Of a stretch of 46,503 bases of DNA, positions 27,879 to 37,278 are shown piece after piece. The stretch lies in IMG/VR virus record IMGVR_UViG_3300032255_000172, positions 1 through 46,503 of that record; one strand, 5' to 3'. The position numbers and the translations under genes are program-made. The DNA comes from a virus (Duplodnaviria; Caudoviricetes). How positions within the stretch are numbered: position 1 is the first letter of the stretch; each line of letters opens with the position of its first letter. The notes beneath the pieces are model-generated. The model made no database searches. It was given only the letters and a program-made list of their open reading frames with translations, and had not been told where the DNA came from.

Positions 27879-28472
27879 TTAAAATGATGTTTTTAACGCA
27901 GAACTTAATCGCTTACTGAAGTGACTGTTAAATTTATTTTTAACAACACCCTGAACAATTTTTGTAAACTCAAAACGCTTTGAGTATCTAACCTCTTTCT
28001 CAAATGCAACCACTAACTTTAATTGCTTACCGCCACGACCAAACCGCTCCCATACACCACTAACACCTTTGATCGTAGCAATAAATTGTTTCTTCTTTTT
28101 AACCAATCCTTTCTTTCTGCCAGGTATATTACCGAACTTATTTAGCCGCGCATTGAATGGCACACCAGTACCCTTTCCAGATGCTCTGCGTACGCCGCCA
28201 TGGATCTGATACTTAAGATACTCGTATGCCCAAGGTAATATAAACACCTCAGCTTTCAGGTTTAGCTTAGTAGAACGCTTAACCCTAAACGAATTAACCG
28301 TGGCCCTTGTTGGCCTGTCTAATTTTTTCTCTGCTTGAATTTTCAATGCCCTTTGCGAATCCAAAGCCACATCATTTATTGCTTGACTAGCCGCAAACGG
28401 AACCTGTTTCTTTGCTATAGCGCTCATGTTTTTAATCACACGATCAATATCAGACTGTAGGCTTATTTTCAT
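27879..28472 (-). CDS. gpZ-like tail completion / neck protein
   Basis: Basic protein, 'KQVPFAASQAINDVA', 'LDRPT'; displaced upstream of cos as in many GpA-type phages. Confidence 0.7.
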   Translation of the reverse strand: MKISLQSDIDRVIKNMSAIAKKQVPFAASQAINDVALDSQRALKIQAEKKLDRPTRATVNSFRVKRSTKLNLKAEVFILPWAYEYLKYQIHGGVRRASGKGTGVPFNARLNKFGNIPGRKKGLVKKKKQFIATIKGVSGVWERFGRGGKQLKLVVAFEKEVRYSKRFEFTKIVQGVVKNKFNSHFSKRLSSALKTSF

Positions 28473-28478
28473 TAATGA

Positions 28479-28751
28479 CTAATGCCCAGTGAACTGTCTG
28501 GCAGCATAAATAACAACAGAAAGCATCAATCCAATTGCGCCCAAAATACCCGTTGTGGCGAGCTTCTCAACAACTCCCCGCCAAAACTCTTTCTTTAATT
28601 TCTCCCGCTCAATTAACTCAGACAAATAATCATGTTGATCATTATGCTCTTCATGCGGAACCGCAGACATTCTCTCTTCTAACGCACCTAACCTCTCAGC
28701 TATTTCTACTAACAACCCCTGCTGTTCAGAATCCACACAACACCTTGCCAT
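28479..28751 (-). CDS. small membrane protein (possible holin-like)
   Basis: Single C-terminal TM helix; first late gene. Confidence 0.5.
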   Translation of the reverse strand: MARCCVDSEQQGLLVEIAERLGALEERMSAVPHEEHNDQHDYLSELIEREKLKKEFWRGVVEKLATTGILGAIGLMLSVVIYAARQFTGH

Positions 28752-28806
28752 TTATTAGCTATGTTTAAATATATTTAAAATTCACTTTGCGATATTGTAT
28801 TGACCA

Positions 28807-28910
28807 TAAAAAAGCCCCACACGATCCCGTGCAGGGCTAAGACAATAAACCTAATCAGTACCAATCTGAGGACATAAAAAAAGCCCTGCAGGGGAGCAAG
28901 GCTTTTCTTT
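28807..28910 (-). terminator. two tandem terminators in the late leader (tR'-like)
   Basis: Hairpins at 28812-28838 and 28880-28906, each followed by T-runs on the minus strand. Confidence 0.7.
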
Positions 28911-28937
28911 AGTGGCAATGAGTCTAGATTGACTGAT

Positions 28938-28967
28938 AATCTACGCTAACTGTGCGCACAAGGTCAA
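28938..28967 (-). promoter_or_regulatory. late promoter (pR'-like)
   Basis: TTGACC-18 bp-TAGATT overlapping the Q-like stop codon. Confidence 0.5.
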
Positions 28968-29356
28968 GCACTTATTTTAAAATTATTTATATTTTTCACT
29001 GCAAGCAAGTAAGCATGCACAAAACACTCGCCGCTATTTTTCAGCTCTCGGTATCTTGCATGTGAAATATTTAACATCTCTGCACCCTCCCTTGAACTGA
29101 CATTAAAATAATAATCTTGCTCTATCACCTTGAACACAAGTCGTCTTTCACGTTTTAAATGTACCAAAATCGCTTCAATTATTTCAGCCTCTTCACTATC
29201 ATAATCAACGACACCATTACCAGGAACAATTACAAAATTAGATTTACCAGGTAATTTTAAATTGGCACCACTGGTTGCTCGCAACCAGGCACCCCATGCG
29301 TTTATCAACGAACGCACCTCACCCAACTCATCATGCTGCTTTCGTATTGTTGACAT
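28964..29356 (-). CDS. antiterminator Q-like protein (start revised)
   Basis: 'LINAWGAW' N-terminus and C-terminal HTH; GAGGGG RBS before ATG 29356; followed by promoter and terminators. Confidence 0.7.
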   Translation of the reverse strand: MSTIRKQHDELGEVRSLINAWGAWLRATSGANLKLPGKSNFVIVPGNGVVDYDSEEAEIIEAILVHLKRERRLVFKVIEQDYYFNVSSREGAEMLNISHARYRELKNSGECFVHAYLLAVKNINNFKISA

Positions 29357-29558
29357 CTTCATACCCCTCATCGAATTGCCACTGTGAGCAAAAAACTGGC
29401 TTTGGGTAATTACCCGACACACTACAAGCAATCCCACCTATTGCCATGGCTCGTAAATCACGCTTACAACATGCACGACAACCTTTTTTGTGTTTAATAT
29501 TATTTATTTGTTGCAGCTCCAATACTTGCTCGGGATTGCGTGAATACAAATTTCTCAT
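29331..29558 (-). CDS. hypothetical Cys-rich phage protein
   Basis: ORF in early right operon with CxxC motif. Confidence 0.65.
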   Translation of the reverse strand: MRNLYSRNPEQVLELQQINNIKHKKGCRACCKRDLRAMAIGGIACSVSGNYPKPVFCSQWQFDEGYEDVNNTKAA

Positions 29559-29753
29559 TTAGCCCGCCTTTTTATTATTTAAATTAAAATGCTCATTGCA
29601 GCACGCCTCAGCAGCCTTCTTCTTAACCTCGTCACACCCTGCTCGAAAATAACCAATGGCCTGTTTTTGATACCAGGCAACATAAACCCTGCTACCGACT
29701 TTGCCACCCCAGCAAACCGTATACTTACCTTTCTGCTGGTAATACTCAGGCAC
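29559..29753 (-). CDS. hypothetical phage protein
   Basis: ORF abutting neighbours in operon. Confidence 0.65.
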   Translation of the reverse strand: MPEYYQQKGKYTVCWGGKVGSRVYVAWYQKQAIGYFRAGCDEVKKKAAEACCNEHFNLNNKKAG

Positions 29754-30223
29754 TAACCCAATAGCTCTTTTAGTTTTTCACGATGACTAGCGGCAAACTC
29801 TTTTGACGATTTATCCGAACCAATTTTTTTAATAAAATCCTTGTGAAAAACTTTCTGCTTGTTATTTGCACACAGGTAAACAAACTCTTGCAATTCAGGC
29901 GGCCATGTATCCTTCCGTGATACAGTTGCCCTCAAACCTGCTTTTATACTTTCAAAACTAAAACTTCTAAGCGTACCGGCCCAAATTAAATATGCCTCAC
30001 CACCAATCACACCTAAATTATTTTTAGCTTTGCCACCATAAAATTTCGTAAACTGCCCCCACAACCACATCATTGATTTTTGATGCTTATCAGTCGAAGC
30101 CTTCGCTGATGTCGATTCCGTATTCGCTTGCATGACGAGCCGCTGCTTCTCGCTGCTCTTGCATAAAACTTCCCGTTGCTCCGTGTTTATCACTTGCCCG
30201 CTTAGGTCGCTGATCGATTGCAT
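29753..30223 (-). CDS. replication protein P-like
   Basis: 'WPPELQEFVYLC' motif typical of lambda P family; follows initiator. Confidence 0.7.
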   Translation of the reverse strand: MQSISDLSGQVINTEQREVLCKSSEKQRLVMQANTESTSAKASTDKHQKSMMWLWGQFTKFYGGKAKNNLGVIGGEAYLIWAGTLRSFSFESIKAGLRATVSRKDTWPPELQEFVYLCANNKQKVFHKDFIKKIGSDKSSKEFAASHREKLKELLG

Positions 30224-31001
30224 CTAATTCACCTGATTTATTTTTTTTAATATATTCCCGGACTATCGGGTTGAGATACGAAACATTGAAATAACCACTG
30301 CTCGACGATTGAACCGCCCTGCCAATTGCCAGTTGCAAAACATCAGCACTCAACCCCAACACCAACCACTCGTCCATTAATTTTCGATTATGAAAATTAA
30401 TTAAACTTTTCTCATCGACATACGCGATTAAAAAATCATGAATCTCAGAAATTTTGGAGTAGTTAGTTAGTTTATAGTTAGATGTAAGAGGTGGGCTCCT
30501 ATTCAGAGCAGAACGTGTATCCTGTTCTGGCTCCTGTTCGTACCCTGTTCTGGTTCCTGTTATTTTTGAAAACCCCATATCAACAACGTTTGAGCCTGAT
30601 TTCATTGGCTCCTGATCGGGTTCCTGTTCGGGTGTATTACTGGCTCCTGTTCTGGCTCCTGTTTGTATCCTGTTCATTTGGACGGATTTATTCGAGGTCG
30701 CTAAAAGCAATTTAAAAACATTGGGACCAATGTCTTTTCGGCGTCTTATTAAGCCGATGGTTTCAAGTCGATCTAAAATTTTTCTAACCTGGCTTCGGGT
30801 ATATTCTAATTTTCCTCGACCTCGCAAAGCATCGACATACAAAAGTTCAGTAAAAAATGAATCGCTTATCCGATAAGACAAACCAGCAATGCCTGTTTTA
30901 AAATCTACTATTTGCTTAAGCTCAGCATAAACCTTATAAAGCTCAGCACGCTCATTAAACAGTTCACGCCGCTCTTCTTTATTTAAAGCCGCATTAGCCA
31001 C
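30090..31001 (-). CDS. replication initiator (O-like)
   Basis: N-terminal wHTH, internal DNA repeats, DnaD-like C-terminus ('SYLNPIV'); position after cII. Confidence 0.75.
   Translation of the reverse strand: MANAALNKEERRELFNERAELYKVYAELKQIVDFKTGIAGLSYRISDSFFTELLYVDALRGRGKLEYTRSQVRKILDRLETIGLIRRRKDIGPNVFKLLLATSNKSVQMNRIQTGARTGASNTPEQEPDQEPMKSGSNVVDMGFSKITGTRTGYEQEPEQDTRSALNRSPPLTSNYKLTNYSKISEIHDFLIAYVDEKSLINFHNRKLMDEWLVLGLSADVLQLAIGRAVQSSSSGYFNVSYLNPIVREYIKKNKSGELDAIDQRPKRASDKHGATGSFMQEQREAAARHASEYGIDISEGFD
30520..30675. repeat. iteron-like 12-bp repeats (putative origin)
   Basis: About 10 variants of (CTGGC)TCCTGTT in two blocks inside the initiator gene. Confidence 0.75.
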
Positions 31002-31454
31002 CTAACCATTCACCTGCATTGGTATAACTTTATCCAAGGTATTTTTTAACGTATTTAACGCCGCGATACTTTGCATAATTTCTCGTTTTACTTCTACCCG
31101 CTCTTTTTCTGTTAATTTTCCATCCGCCATTGCCAGCTCAACGGCCCTCATTACATCACCGCCTTCACTCGCAACATGTAAAGCTGCTTGCAAAATAGAA
31201 CTGGCCGTTTCTTTATTGCTTGATACAAATCGCCCGCCAAATAATCCGCATAAAATATCAAGCGGCTCAATATCACCTGTTGCATCAATAATACGAATAA
31301 ACTCGCTTACATTCGGCATGTTCACCGCATCACTGGGCTGAAGTTTTTTAATTAATGTTTTTTCTAAAACACCTATTTTTCGCGCCATCTTCGAAATGCC
31401 ACCAGCACGCTTACATGACTGATGCAAACTATGAAATAACTGCTCCACTCTCAT
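31002..31454 (-). CDS. phage regulatory CII-family protein
   Basis: 'EGGDVMRAV...ADGKLTEKE' motif; downstream of cro. Confidence 0.8.
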   Translation of the reverse strand: MRVEQLFHSLHQSCKRAGGISKMARKIGVLEKTLIKKLQPSDAVNMPNVSEFIRIIDATGDIEPLDILCGLFGGRFVSSNKETASSILQAALHVASEGGDVMRAVELAMADGKLTEKERVEVKREIMQSIAALNTLKNTLDKVIPMQVNG

Positions 31455-31521
31455 AACCCCCGTAAAATGCGGGAGACTCTATTTAGAATCTCCTCTACTA
31501 TTAATTATGAATAATCAATAC

Positions 31522-31737
31522 CTAAGCAGCCCTTTCAGGCTCTGGAAAAACGTCAGGGCGCAACTCATAACAAGTAACCGCGGAGTTCGTAGCTCGTTGA
31601 ATATCCAAACAGCGCTCTGCTGGTACTTTATTTTTCCAATTCGAAATAGATTGCTCAGAAACGCCTAATTTATTAGCTAATGACTTTTGATTACCAAGAA
31701 GTTGACACGCTTTATCAAGTGCTGATTTAGTTTTCAT
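31522..31737 (-). CDS. cro: Cro-like (YdaS family) regulator
   Basis: HTH, 'VPAERC', 'ELRPDVF'; divergent from repressor. Confidence 0.9.
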   Translation of the reverse strand: MKTKSALDKACQLLGNQKSLANKLGVSEQSISNWKNKVPAERCLDIQRATNSAVTCYELRPDVFPEPERAA

Positions 31738-31747
31738 AAGCCAAAAC

Positions 31748-31783
31748 TACAGCAACACTGTACTCAAATCAAGCATAATTTGA
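31748..31783. promoter_or_regulatory. OR-like operators
   Basis: TACAG-N5-CTGTA (31748) and TCAAG-N5-TTTGA (31769); related pair at 32347/32371. Confidence 0.6.
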
Positions 31784-31803
31784 TTTTATATGGATGATAT
31801 TTA

Positions 31804-32271
31804 ATGGAAAATAAAGCTATGACTGATTATATTAGCGACAGAATAAGCTTAGCCATTGAGGCGAGTGGAAAATCAAAGGCGATGATAGCCAAAGAAATAG
31901 GTGTTTCCGCACAAGCCGTTAGCAATTGGACAACCAATGGCTCCATTGATAAATATAACCTTATAAAACTATCACATGCGACCGGCGCATCAGAAAAATG
32001 GTTAATTTCTGGAGAGGATGACGATGCAACGGATAAAGCAATGGAGGCACCCTCTCAATACACCGTTACAGAGGCCTTAATACCCGAACTCATGGACGTT
32101 GTCGAATATGCTATAAACCACCAACTAAGTAGTTATTACAATAAATTACCACCATCAGCCCAGGTAAAACTCACATTTCAACTATATGAAGTTATCTACA
32201 GAGATCGTGCACTTCTTGATATCGCAAAAGACATGCAACCATCAACTCTTCTAAAAATGACCGGTAATTAA
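31804..32271 (+). CDS. CI-like XRE repressor lacking an S24 peptidase domain
   Basis: HTH 'IAKEIGVSAQAVSNW', 'WLISG'; helical C-terminus with no Ser-Lys peptidase motifs. Confidence 0.85.
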   Translation: MENKAMTDYISDRISLAIEASGKSKAMIAKEIGVSAQAVSNWTTNGSIDKYNLIKLSHATGASEKWLISGEDDDATDKAMEAPSQYTVTEALIPELMDVVEYAINHQLSSYYNKLPPSAQVKLTFQLYEVIYRDRALLDIAKDMQPSTLLKMTGN

Positions 32272-32294
32272 CCTTTCGGCACACCCTTAAATTC

Positions 32295-32318
32295 AGCCCG
32301 CTTTGCGGGTTTTTTTTC
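32295..32318 (+). terminator. terminator after repressor
   Basis: AGCCCGC-ttt-GCGGGTT followed by T-run. Confidence 0.85.
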
Positions 32319-32346
32319 GCCTACATAAAATATTTTAAATAAAATA

Positions 32347-32385
32347 TACAGTATTACTTGATTTTATAAGTAAAGCTATGCTTTA
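32347..32385. promoter_or_regulatory. OL-like operators
   Basis: TACAG-N5-CTTGA and TAAAG-N5-CTTTA, same 15-bp architecture as the OR-like sites. Confidence 0.6.
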
Positions 32386-32498
32386 CTATTGGTCAGGTCA
32401 TCAGCCAACACAGTTAATCTGGATACAAATAGTCAGCAATTTGCGACTTATAAAGTGCCCCAGAGGGATGACCGCCTTTTAATCACGGAGTGAAACAA

Positions 32499-32615
32499 AT
32501 GAACGTAGCTATTTGGTTGATAAGTACCGGTGTTATTTGCATAGCAGCAACCCTGTTTGTTGGTTGCGCTATTCACAACGGTATGAACGACAACGACAGT
32601 AAAGATGAAGATTAA
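32499..32615 (+). CDS. small membrane peptide (38 aa)
   Basis: Hand-translated MNVAIWLISTGVICIAATLFVGCAIH...; GGAG RBS. Confidence 0.55.
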   Translation: MNVAIWLISTGVICIAATLFVGCAIHNGMNDNDSKDED

Positions 32616-32730
32616 ACACCTGCCAGGTGCACTGCTGTTTACTCTGTTTTTAATGACCGCTTACAGCATTGAGGCTAAAGACCTCAGCTCTAAAGTTAAC
32701 CCTGTAACGACTTACTGCAAGATTTATTGA
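32605..32730 (+). CDS. small hydrophobic peptide (41 aa)
   Basis: Hand-translated MKIKHLPGALLFTLFLMTAYS...; overlaps previous stop. Confidence 0.45.
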   Translation: MKIKHLPGALLFTLFLMTAYSIEAKDLSSKVNPVTTYCKIY

Positions 32731-32737
32731 GGTGCCC

Positions 32738-33058
32738 ATGAATCACAAAAGCTATTTAGATTTATCTAATTGCAAAAACAATGCAATAAAAGAGTGGTTC
32801 TCAATGCAACTCATTATTCCAGTCGAAAAATCAAGACATGAATTTGATTTAGATGTTTTAGAAAGCGAATGCAACCCAGCATTTATATTTAATAAAAAGT
32901 GGCGCTGTGCCAGAAAACACCGGATTAAAAAAAGAACCCTAAGTAAATACCAAAAACATATATTAAAAATTAACAGCTTTGAACTCTGGAGTAAACCGAT
33001 AGGGTTTTCCTTCAGAAAAATACCCACTGGGGCTGTAATAAAACACTATCAAGACTAA
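32738..33058 (+). CDS. hypothetical phage protein
   Basis: ORF with GAGG RBS before ATG 32738. Confidence 0.6.
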   Translation: MNHKSYLDLSNCKNNAIKEWFSMQLIIPVEKSRHEFDLDVLESECNPAFIFNKKWRCARKHRIKKRTLSKYQKHILKINSFELWSKPIGFSFRKIPTGAVIKHYQD

Positions 33059-33078
33059 ACCGTTTTTAATGAGGCTGT

Positions 33079-33381
33079 ATGAGTTACCAATTTAGCAAAG
33101 AAACAATACAGCGTGTCGCCAGAAAACAATATGAACTTAACTACGAGGCAAGTATGGAAAAATCGAACGTAATTCATATAGACAATGATGCTTCACGACT
33201 ACTAGCCGTGAAATCGCTCATTGCTAGCAAACTGAGCAACTACCCAAAAGAAACCATTGACGAAGCTATGAAGTATGGTGCTTATCGTTTAAATCAGGGC
33301 GACACAGCATACCGCGCAATTTACAAAAGCATTCAACTAACTCGGCGCCTGGTTGAGGCACCGGGGCCAGCAGCAGCCTAA
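33079..33381 (+). CDS. hypothetical phage protein
   Basis: ORF with GAGG RBS; coupled to next gene. Confidence 0.7.
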   Translation: MSYQFSKETIQRVARKQYELNYEASMEKSNVIHIDNDASRLLAVKSLIASKLSNYPKETIDEAMKYGAYRLNQGDTAYRAIYKSIQLTRRLVEAPGPAAA

Positions 33382-33683
33382 TGAATAATGAAAACTACAG
33401 CATGCAGGACGCCGCAAGAATGTGCGGTATCGGCACGTTAAAACTTTTTGCACTACTGCGCGATAAACGCATTTTAACAAAGGATAATTTGCCTTACATG
33501 GAATATCGCGAAAAAGGATATTTAGATATTCACATATCAAAATGGGTACACGACACCATGGGCGAAATGGCACGTTCAAAAACGGTTGTTACGCCTTCAG
33601 GTATAGAGTTTATTAACGAATTAATACAGCGGCAGATTAACCGCAACCCTAAACAGCAAGGGCATTTTACGCCTGCGAGTTAA
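33381..33683 (+). CDS. antirepressor KilAC (ANT C-terminal) domain protein
   Basis: 'GTLKLFALLRDKRIL...NLPYMEY..KGY...KTVVTPSGIEFI'. Confidence 0.85.
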   Translation: MNNENYSMQDAARMCGIGTLKLFALLRDKRILTKDNLPYMEYREKGYLDIHISKWVHDTMGEMARSKTVVTPSGIEFINELIQRQINRNPKQQGHFTPAS

Positions 33684-33837
33684 CCAGTTAAAACCACTAG
33701 CGTTTTCTTAAAACTTAGCACTCTACTTTAGCGCTGGTGGTTTTTTTAAAAACAATAGTGAACGCTAAAGAGGAGTTAAACACTATCAAAAAAATAAGCC
33801 ACCGCTTAAACAAAACTTTAAACCTTGTAGGGGAAAT

Positions 33838-34194
33838 ATGATGTCAAAAGCTAGACCGGATCTGTTCAACCATGTTGTGGGCCAACTTCTTAATGGCCAC
33901 ACACAGAATGAACTAAGCGAGCATTTAGGCGATTGCGTTGCGGCAGTTCGAGATACAGGCAAACAAGCAACGCTCACGCTTAAACTTACCATTAAACCCG
34001 TAGGTCGTAATACAGGCCAGTACGAAATACGAGACCAAATCACTCACAACAAGCCTCAGCATGATAAAGGCATGACGCTGTTATTCGGTACGCCAGATGA
34101 CAATCTTCAACGCACCGATCCTAATCAAATGGATTTACAACTTAAATCCGTTGATGAACAAGCACCCTCCGAACTTAAAAAGGTAAATGAGTAA
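33838..34194 (+). CDS. YfdP-like phage protein
   Basis: 'AVRDTGKQATLTLKLTIKP', 'LFGTPDDNLQRTDPNQ'; usual partner of DUF2303. Confidence 0.7.
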   Translation: MMSKARPDLFNHVVGQLLNGHTQNELSEHLGDCVAAVRDTGKQATLTLKLTIKPVGRNTGQYEIRDQITHNKPQHDKGMTLLFGTPDDNLQRTDPNQMDLQLKSVDEQAPSELKKVNE

Positions 34195-35027
34195 TGGATA
34201 ATAACCCGCCAAATCAAATAAACAACACTCAGTCAGCGCTTGATGCTGGAAAATACATAGCCGAAAGTGCAAAAATTGTTGAAGTCGGCGGTATGCCTAC
34301 AACAATAATGCACAAAGACATGATATTAAAAGCCCATGAAGAGCTTTTAGAAAATCCGCTTAGAACTAAACAAATAGTAAAGCTTGAAACACCGGTTTCG
34401 TTTATCGAGTACTTCAATAAATTTGCAGATGATAAGTCAGCCATTTTTTGCAATGTCGATTCTGCGCAGTTCACCGGCGTAATTGATTATCACACCGAAA
34501 CAAAAGCAGCTTGGCTTGAACACCTGGTTAAATTTGAATGCAAAAAAACCAAGGAATGGCGAACGTGGTCAGAGAACGACAAAATAAAAATGGATCAAAC
34601 TGAATTCGCCTACTTTATTGAAGATAACTCAAAAGAGTTTAGCGACCCAGCAGGTTCAACCATGATGGAAATTGCATTAACACTAAAAGCAAAAAAGAAC
34701 ATTAACTTCTCAAGCGGGATACAGCTACAAAACGGCCAGGTTCAGCTCTCATATGTAGAAAAGATTGATGGTAGCGCTGGCCCAAAAGGCGAAATACAAA
34801 TACCTGATAAATTTAAACTGGGTATTCGCATCTTTGAAGGTGGCGACGCTTATGCAATAGAAGCGCACTTCCGATACCGCTTATACGATGGAAGTATAAA
34901 GATGTGGTATGAGCTTATTCGTGCACACAAGGTACACGAATCCGCTGTCGAAGACGTATTTGTAAAAGTAAAAAAAGACACGAAATGCCAATTAATTGTT
35001 CATGGTGATTTTTTGCATAGCCGTTAA
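34194..35027 (+). CDS. DUF2303 (YfdQ-like) protein
   Basis: 'SFIEY', 'VIDYH', 'QTEFAYFIEDN', 'IFEGG', 'FRYR' motifs. Confidence 0.85.
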   Translation: MDNNPPNQINNTQSALDAGKYIAESAKIVEVGGMPTTIMHKDMILKAHEELLENPLRTKQIVKLETPVSFIEYFNKFADDKSAIFCNVDSAQFTGVIDYHTETKAAWLEHLVKFECKKTKEWRTWSENDKIKMDQTEFAYFIEDNSKEFSDPAGSTMMEIALTLKAKKNINFSSGIQLQNGQVQLSYVEKIDGSAGPKGEIQIPDKFKLGIRIFEGGDAYAIEAHFRYRLYDGSIKMWYELIRAHKVHESAVEDVFVKVKKDTKCQLIVHGDFLHSR

Positions 35028-35105
35028 TAGCGAGCAACAACGAATTACCGTGGAAACGTAATGTTGACCGGCTGATTTAAAGCCGGTCTTTTTTAAAGGA
35101 AAAAA

Positions 35106-36605
35106 ATGAAAGCTACATTCACTAACAACCAACAAAATCTACCGTTACGCGATGAGTTAATTATTGATAACTTCGCCGGTGGTGGTGGAGCAAGCACTGG
35201 AATAGAAGCCGCTTTTGGTCGCCCAGTAGATATAGCTATTAATCATGATCGTGAAGCCATTGCTATGCACCAGGTAAATCACCCAAATACAAAACATTAT
35301 TGTGAGGATGTATTCGACATAGATCCTATAAAAGTTACAAAGGGGCAACCGGTTGGCCTTGCATGGTTTTCACCTGACTGTAAGCATTTCTCAAAAGCAA
35401 AAGGCAGCAAGCCTGTTGAAAAGAAAATTCGCGGTCTTGCATGGGTGGTTATTAAATGGGCTGTAAAAACAAAGCCTCGTGTCATCATGCTCGAAAATGT
35501 GGAAGAGTTTCAGACTTGGGGCCCCCTACTAGAAAACAATAAGCCTTGCCCTATTCGCAAAGGCCTGACATTTCGTCGATGGGTAAATCAATTAAAAGAG
35601 CTAGGTTATCAGGTTGAACATAAAGAGCTTCGCGCATGTGACTACGGCGCACCAACCATTCGTAAACGTTTATTTGTTATCGCGAGGTGTGATGGGTATC
35701 CGATAGTTTGGCCACAACCTACACATGGTAACCCTAAAAGCAAAGAAGTAAAAAGTGGAAAACTCAAACCATGGCTTACCGCTGCGCAATGCATCGACTG
35801 GAATATACCAGCACCGTCAATTTTTGAGCGCAAAAGAGCGCTGGTAGAAAACACCATGCGCAGAATAGCCAAAGGCATTATGCGCTATGTTATCAACTCG
35901 CCTAATCCTTATATTGTTAATTTTCACGGTATCACAATACCACACATACAACGACAATTTAAAAACAGCGTTGGCCATGGAATCGACCATCCATCTGGCA
36001 CACTCATGGCGAACGGAAGCGGTAAATCAGCATTAGTTACTGCATTTCTAACTGAACATGCTAATGCAAGCAACCAACGCAATTTCAATATAAAAGAACC
36101 TTTGCGTACTCAATGCGCACAGGTAAAAGGTGGACACTTCGCTGTCGTGGTCCCGTTTCTTGCAAAACACTATGGCGGTAATTACACCGGACCAGGTATA
36201 GGTATGCAGGAGCCAACCGGAACTGTAACCACAGTCGATCACCATGCCTTAGTCGCAGCGCTTATGGCACCCTATTACGGTTCCGGCTCTGGTGAAACTG
36301 GTATAGACATCTCAAAACCTTCACCAACAGTTACCAGTAAAGACCGCTTACAACTGATCACCGTTAACATCGATGGAAAGTCATATATTTTAACTGATAT
36401 AGGCATGCGCATGCTGCAACCCCGCGAACTCTACCGAGCCCAGGGTTTCCACGATGATTACATCATTGATATTGAAATAGACAATAAAAAACTGAGTAAA
36501 GCAGCGCAAGTAAGAATGTGCGGTAACAGCGTTTGCCCTCCGGTAGCAACCGCATTGGTTAAGGCTAACTTCGCACATGAACAGAAATACAAACAAGTGA
36601 TTTAA
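35106..36605 (+). CDS. orphan DNA (cytosine-5)-methyltransferase
   Basis: FAGGGG (I), SPDC (IV), ENV (VI), RKR (VIII), GNSV (X). Confidence 0.93.
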   Translation: MKATFTNNQQNLPLRDELIIDNFAGGGGASTGIEAAFGRPVDIAINHDREAIAMHQVNHPNTKHYCEDVFDIDPIKVTKGQPVGLAWFSPDCKHFSKAKGSKPVEKKIRGLAWVVIKWAVKTKPRVIMLENVEEFQTWGPLLENNKPCPIRKGLTFRRWVNQLKELGYQVEHKELRACDYGAPTIRKRLFVIARCDGYPIVWPQPTHGNPKSKEVKSGKLKPWLTAAQCIDWNIPAPSIFERKRALVENTMRRIAKGIMRYVINSPNPYIVNFHGITIPHIQRQFKNSVGHGIDHPSGTLMANGSGKSALVTAFLTEHANASNQRNFNIKEPLRTQCAQVKGGHFAVVVPFLAKHYGGNYTGPGIGMQEPTGTVTTVDHHALVAALMAPYYGSGSGETGIDISKPSPTVTSKDRLQLITVNIDGKSYILTDIGMRMLQPRELYRAQGFHDDYIIDIEIDNKKLSKAAQVRMCGNSVCPPVATALVKANFAHEQKYKQVI

Positions 36606-36621
36606 CCGAAAGGAACCGGTA

Positions 36622-36912
36622 ATGAAAAATTTAATATTTATATTATTACTCAGCATGAGCACACAAGCCAATGCAGACGGTTTTTATTTATTTGGAGGCG
36701 TGTACTCGTATGACGACGGCAACGTGAGCGGCACTAAAGCTGATTACGACGGTATATCACCAGACGCTTACTACGGCATTAAATATATTTACGACGTAAC
36801 AGATAGACTTTTTTTAAGTACCGGGTGGAAGCATCAGTCGAGCGTACCTTATAGAGAAATGGGTGCTGGATTCAACGGTGTGTTTGTCGATTTCAACTTA
36901 AAATTATTTTAA
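36622..36912 (+). CDS. secreted/outer-membrane beta-strand protein
   Basis: Signal peptide ending ANA; aromatic alternating strands; C-terminal Phe. Confidence 0.7.
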   Translation: MKNLIFILLLSMSTQANADGFYLFGGVYSYDDGNVSGTKADYDGISPDAYYGIKYIYDVTDRLFLSTGWKHQSSVPYREMGAGFNGVFVDFNLKLF

Positions 36913-36927
36913 CACTGGGGCAATAAC

Positions 36928-37278
36928 ATGAAATTACTAATATCACTAATCATATTTATTTCAATACCGTTATACGCATCAAATAAAAATATTTCATATG
37001 CTGAAAAAAAAGTAATTAAGTCATTTGTTGCAAAAGTGAACCCCACACTACTAGCGGCTGATGGCTGCTTACAAGAGCTAATAAATATAAACAAGCCAGG
37101 TATTCAATGCGAAAGCTACCATAAAAAAATAGATGAAGTTAACCAGCTTTACAGGAAAGTTAATTTAATTGACAAAAAAAAGCGAAACCACGCCATAGCT
37201 AACAACAACGAATGGTACAACGCATTTCTTTCATACGACAAATTGCAATTTATTGTTTTGAGGATTAATAAGATATGA
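36928..37278 (+). CDS. secreted hypothetical protein
   Basis: Signal peptide MKLLISLIIFISIPLYA. Confidence 0.7.
   Translation: MKLLISLIIFISIPLYASNKNISYAEKKVIKSFVAKVNPTLLAADGCLQELININKPGIQCESYHKKIDEVNQLYRKVNLIDKKKRNHAIANNNEWYNAFLSYDKLQFIVLRINKI

Noticed and set aside
30520-30675. CRISPR-like array
   Set aside because: 12-bp units with no unique spacers, inside the initiator gene; iteron-like
35106-36605. Restriction-modification system
   Set aside because: No adjacent endonuclease; orphan methyltransferases are common in temperate phages
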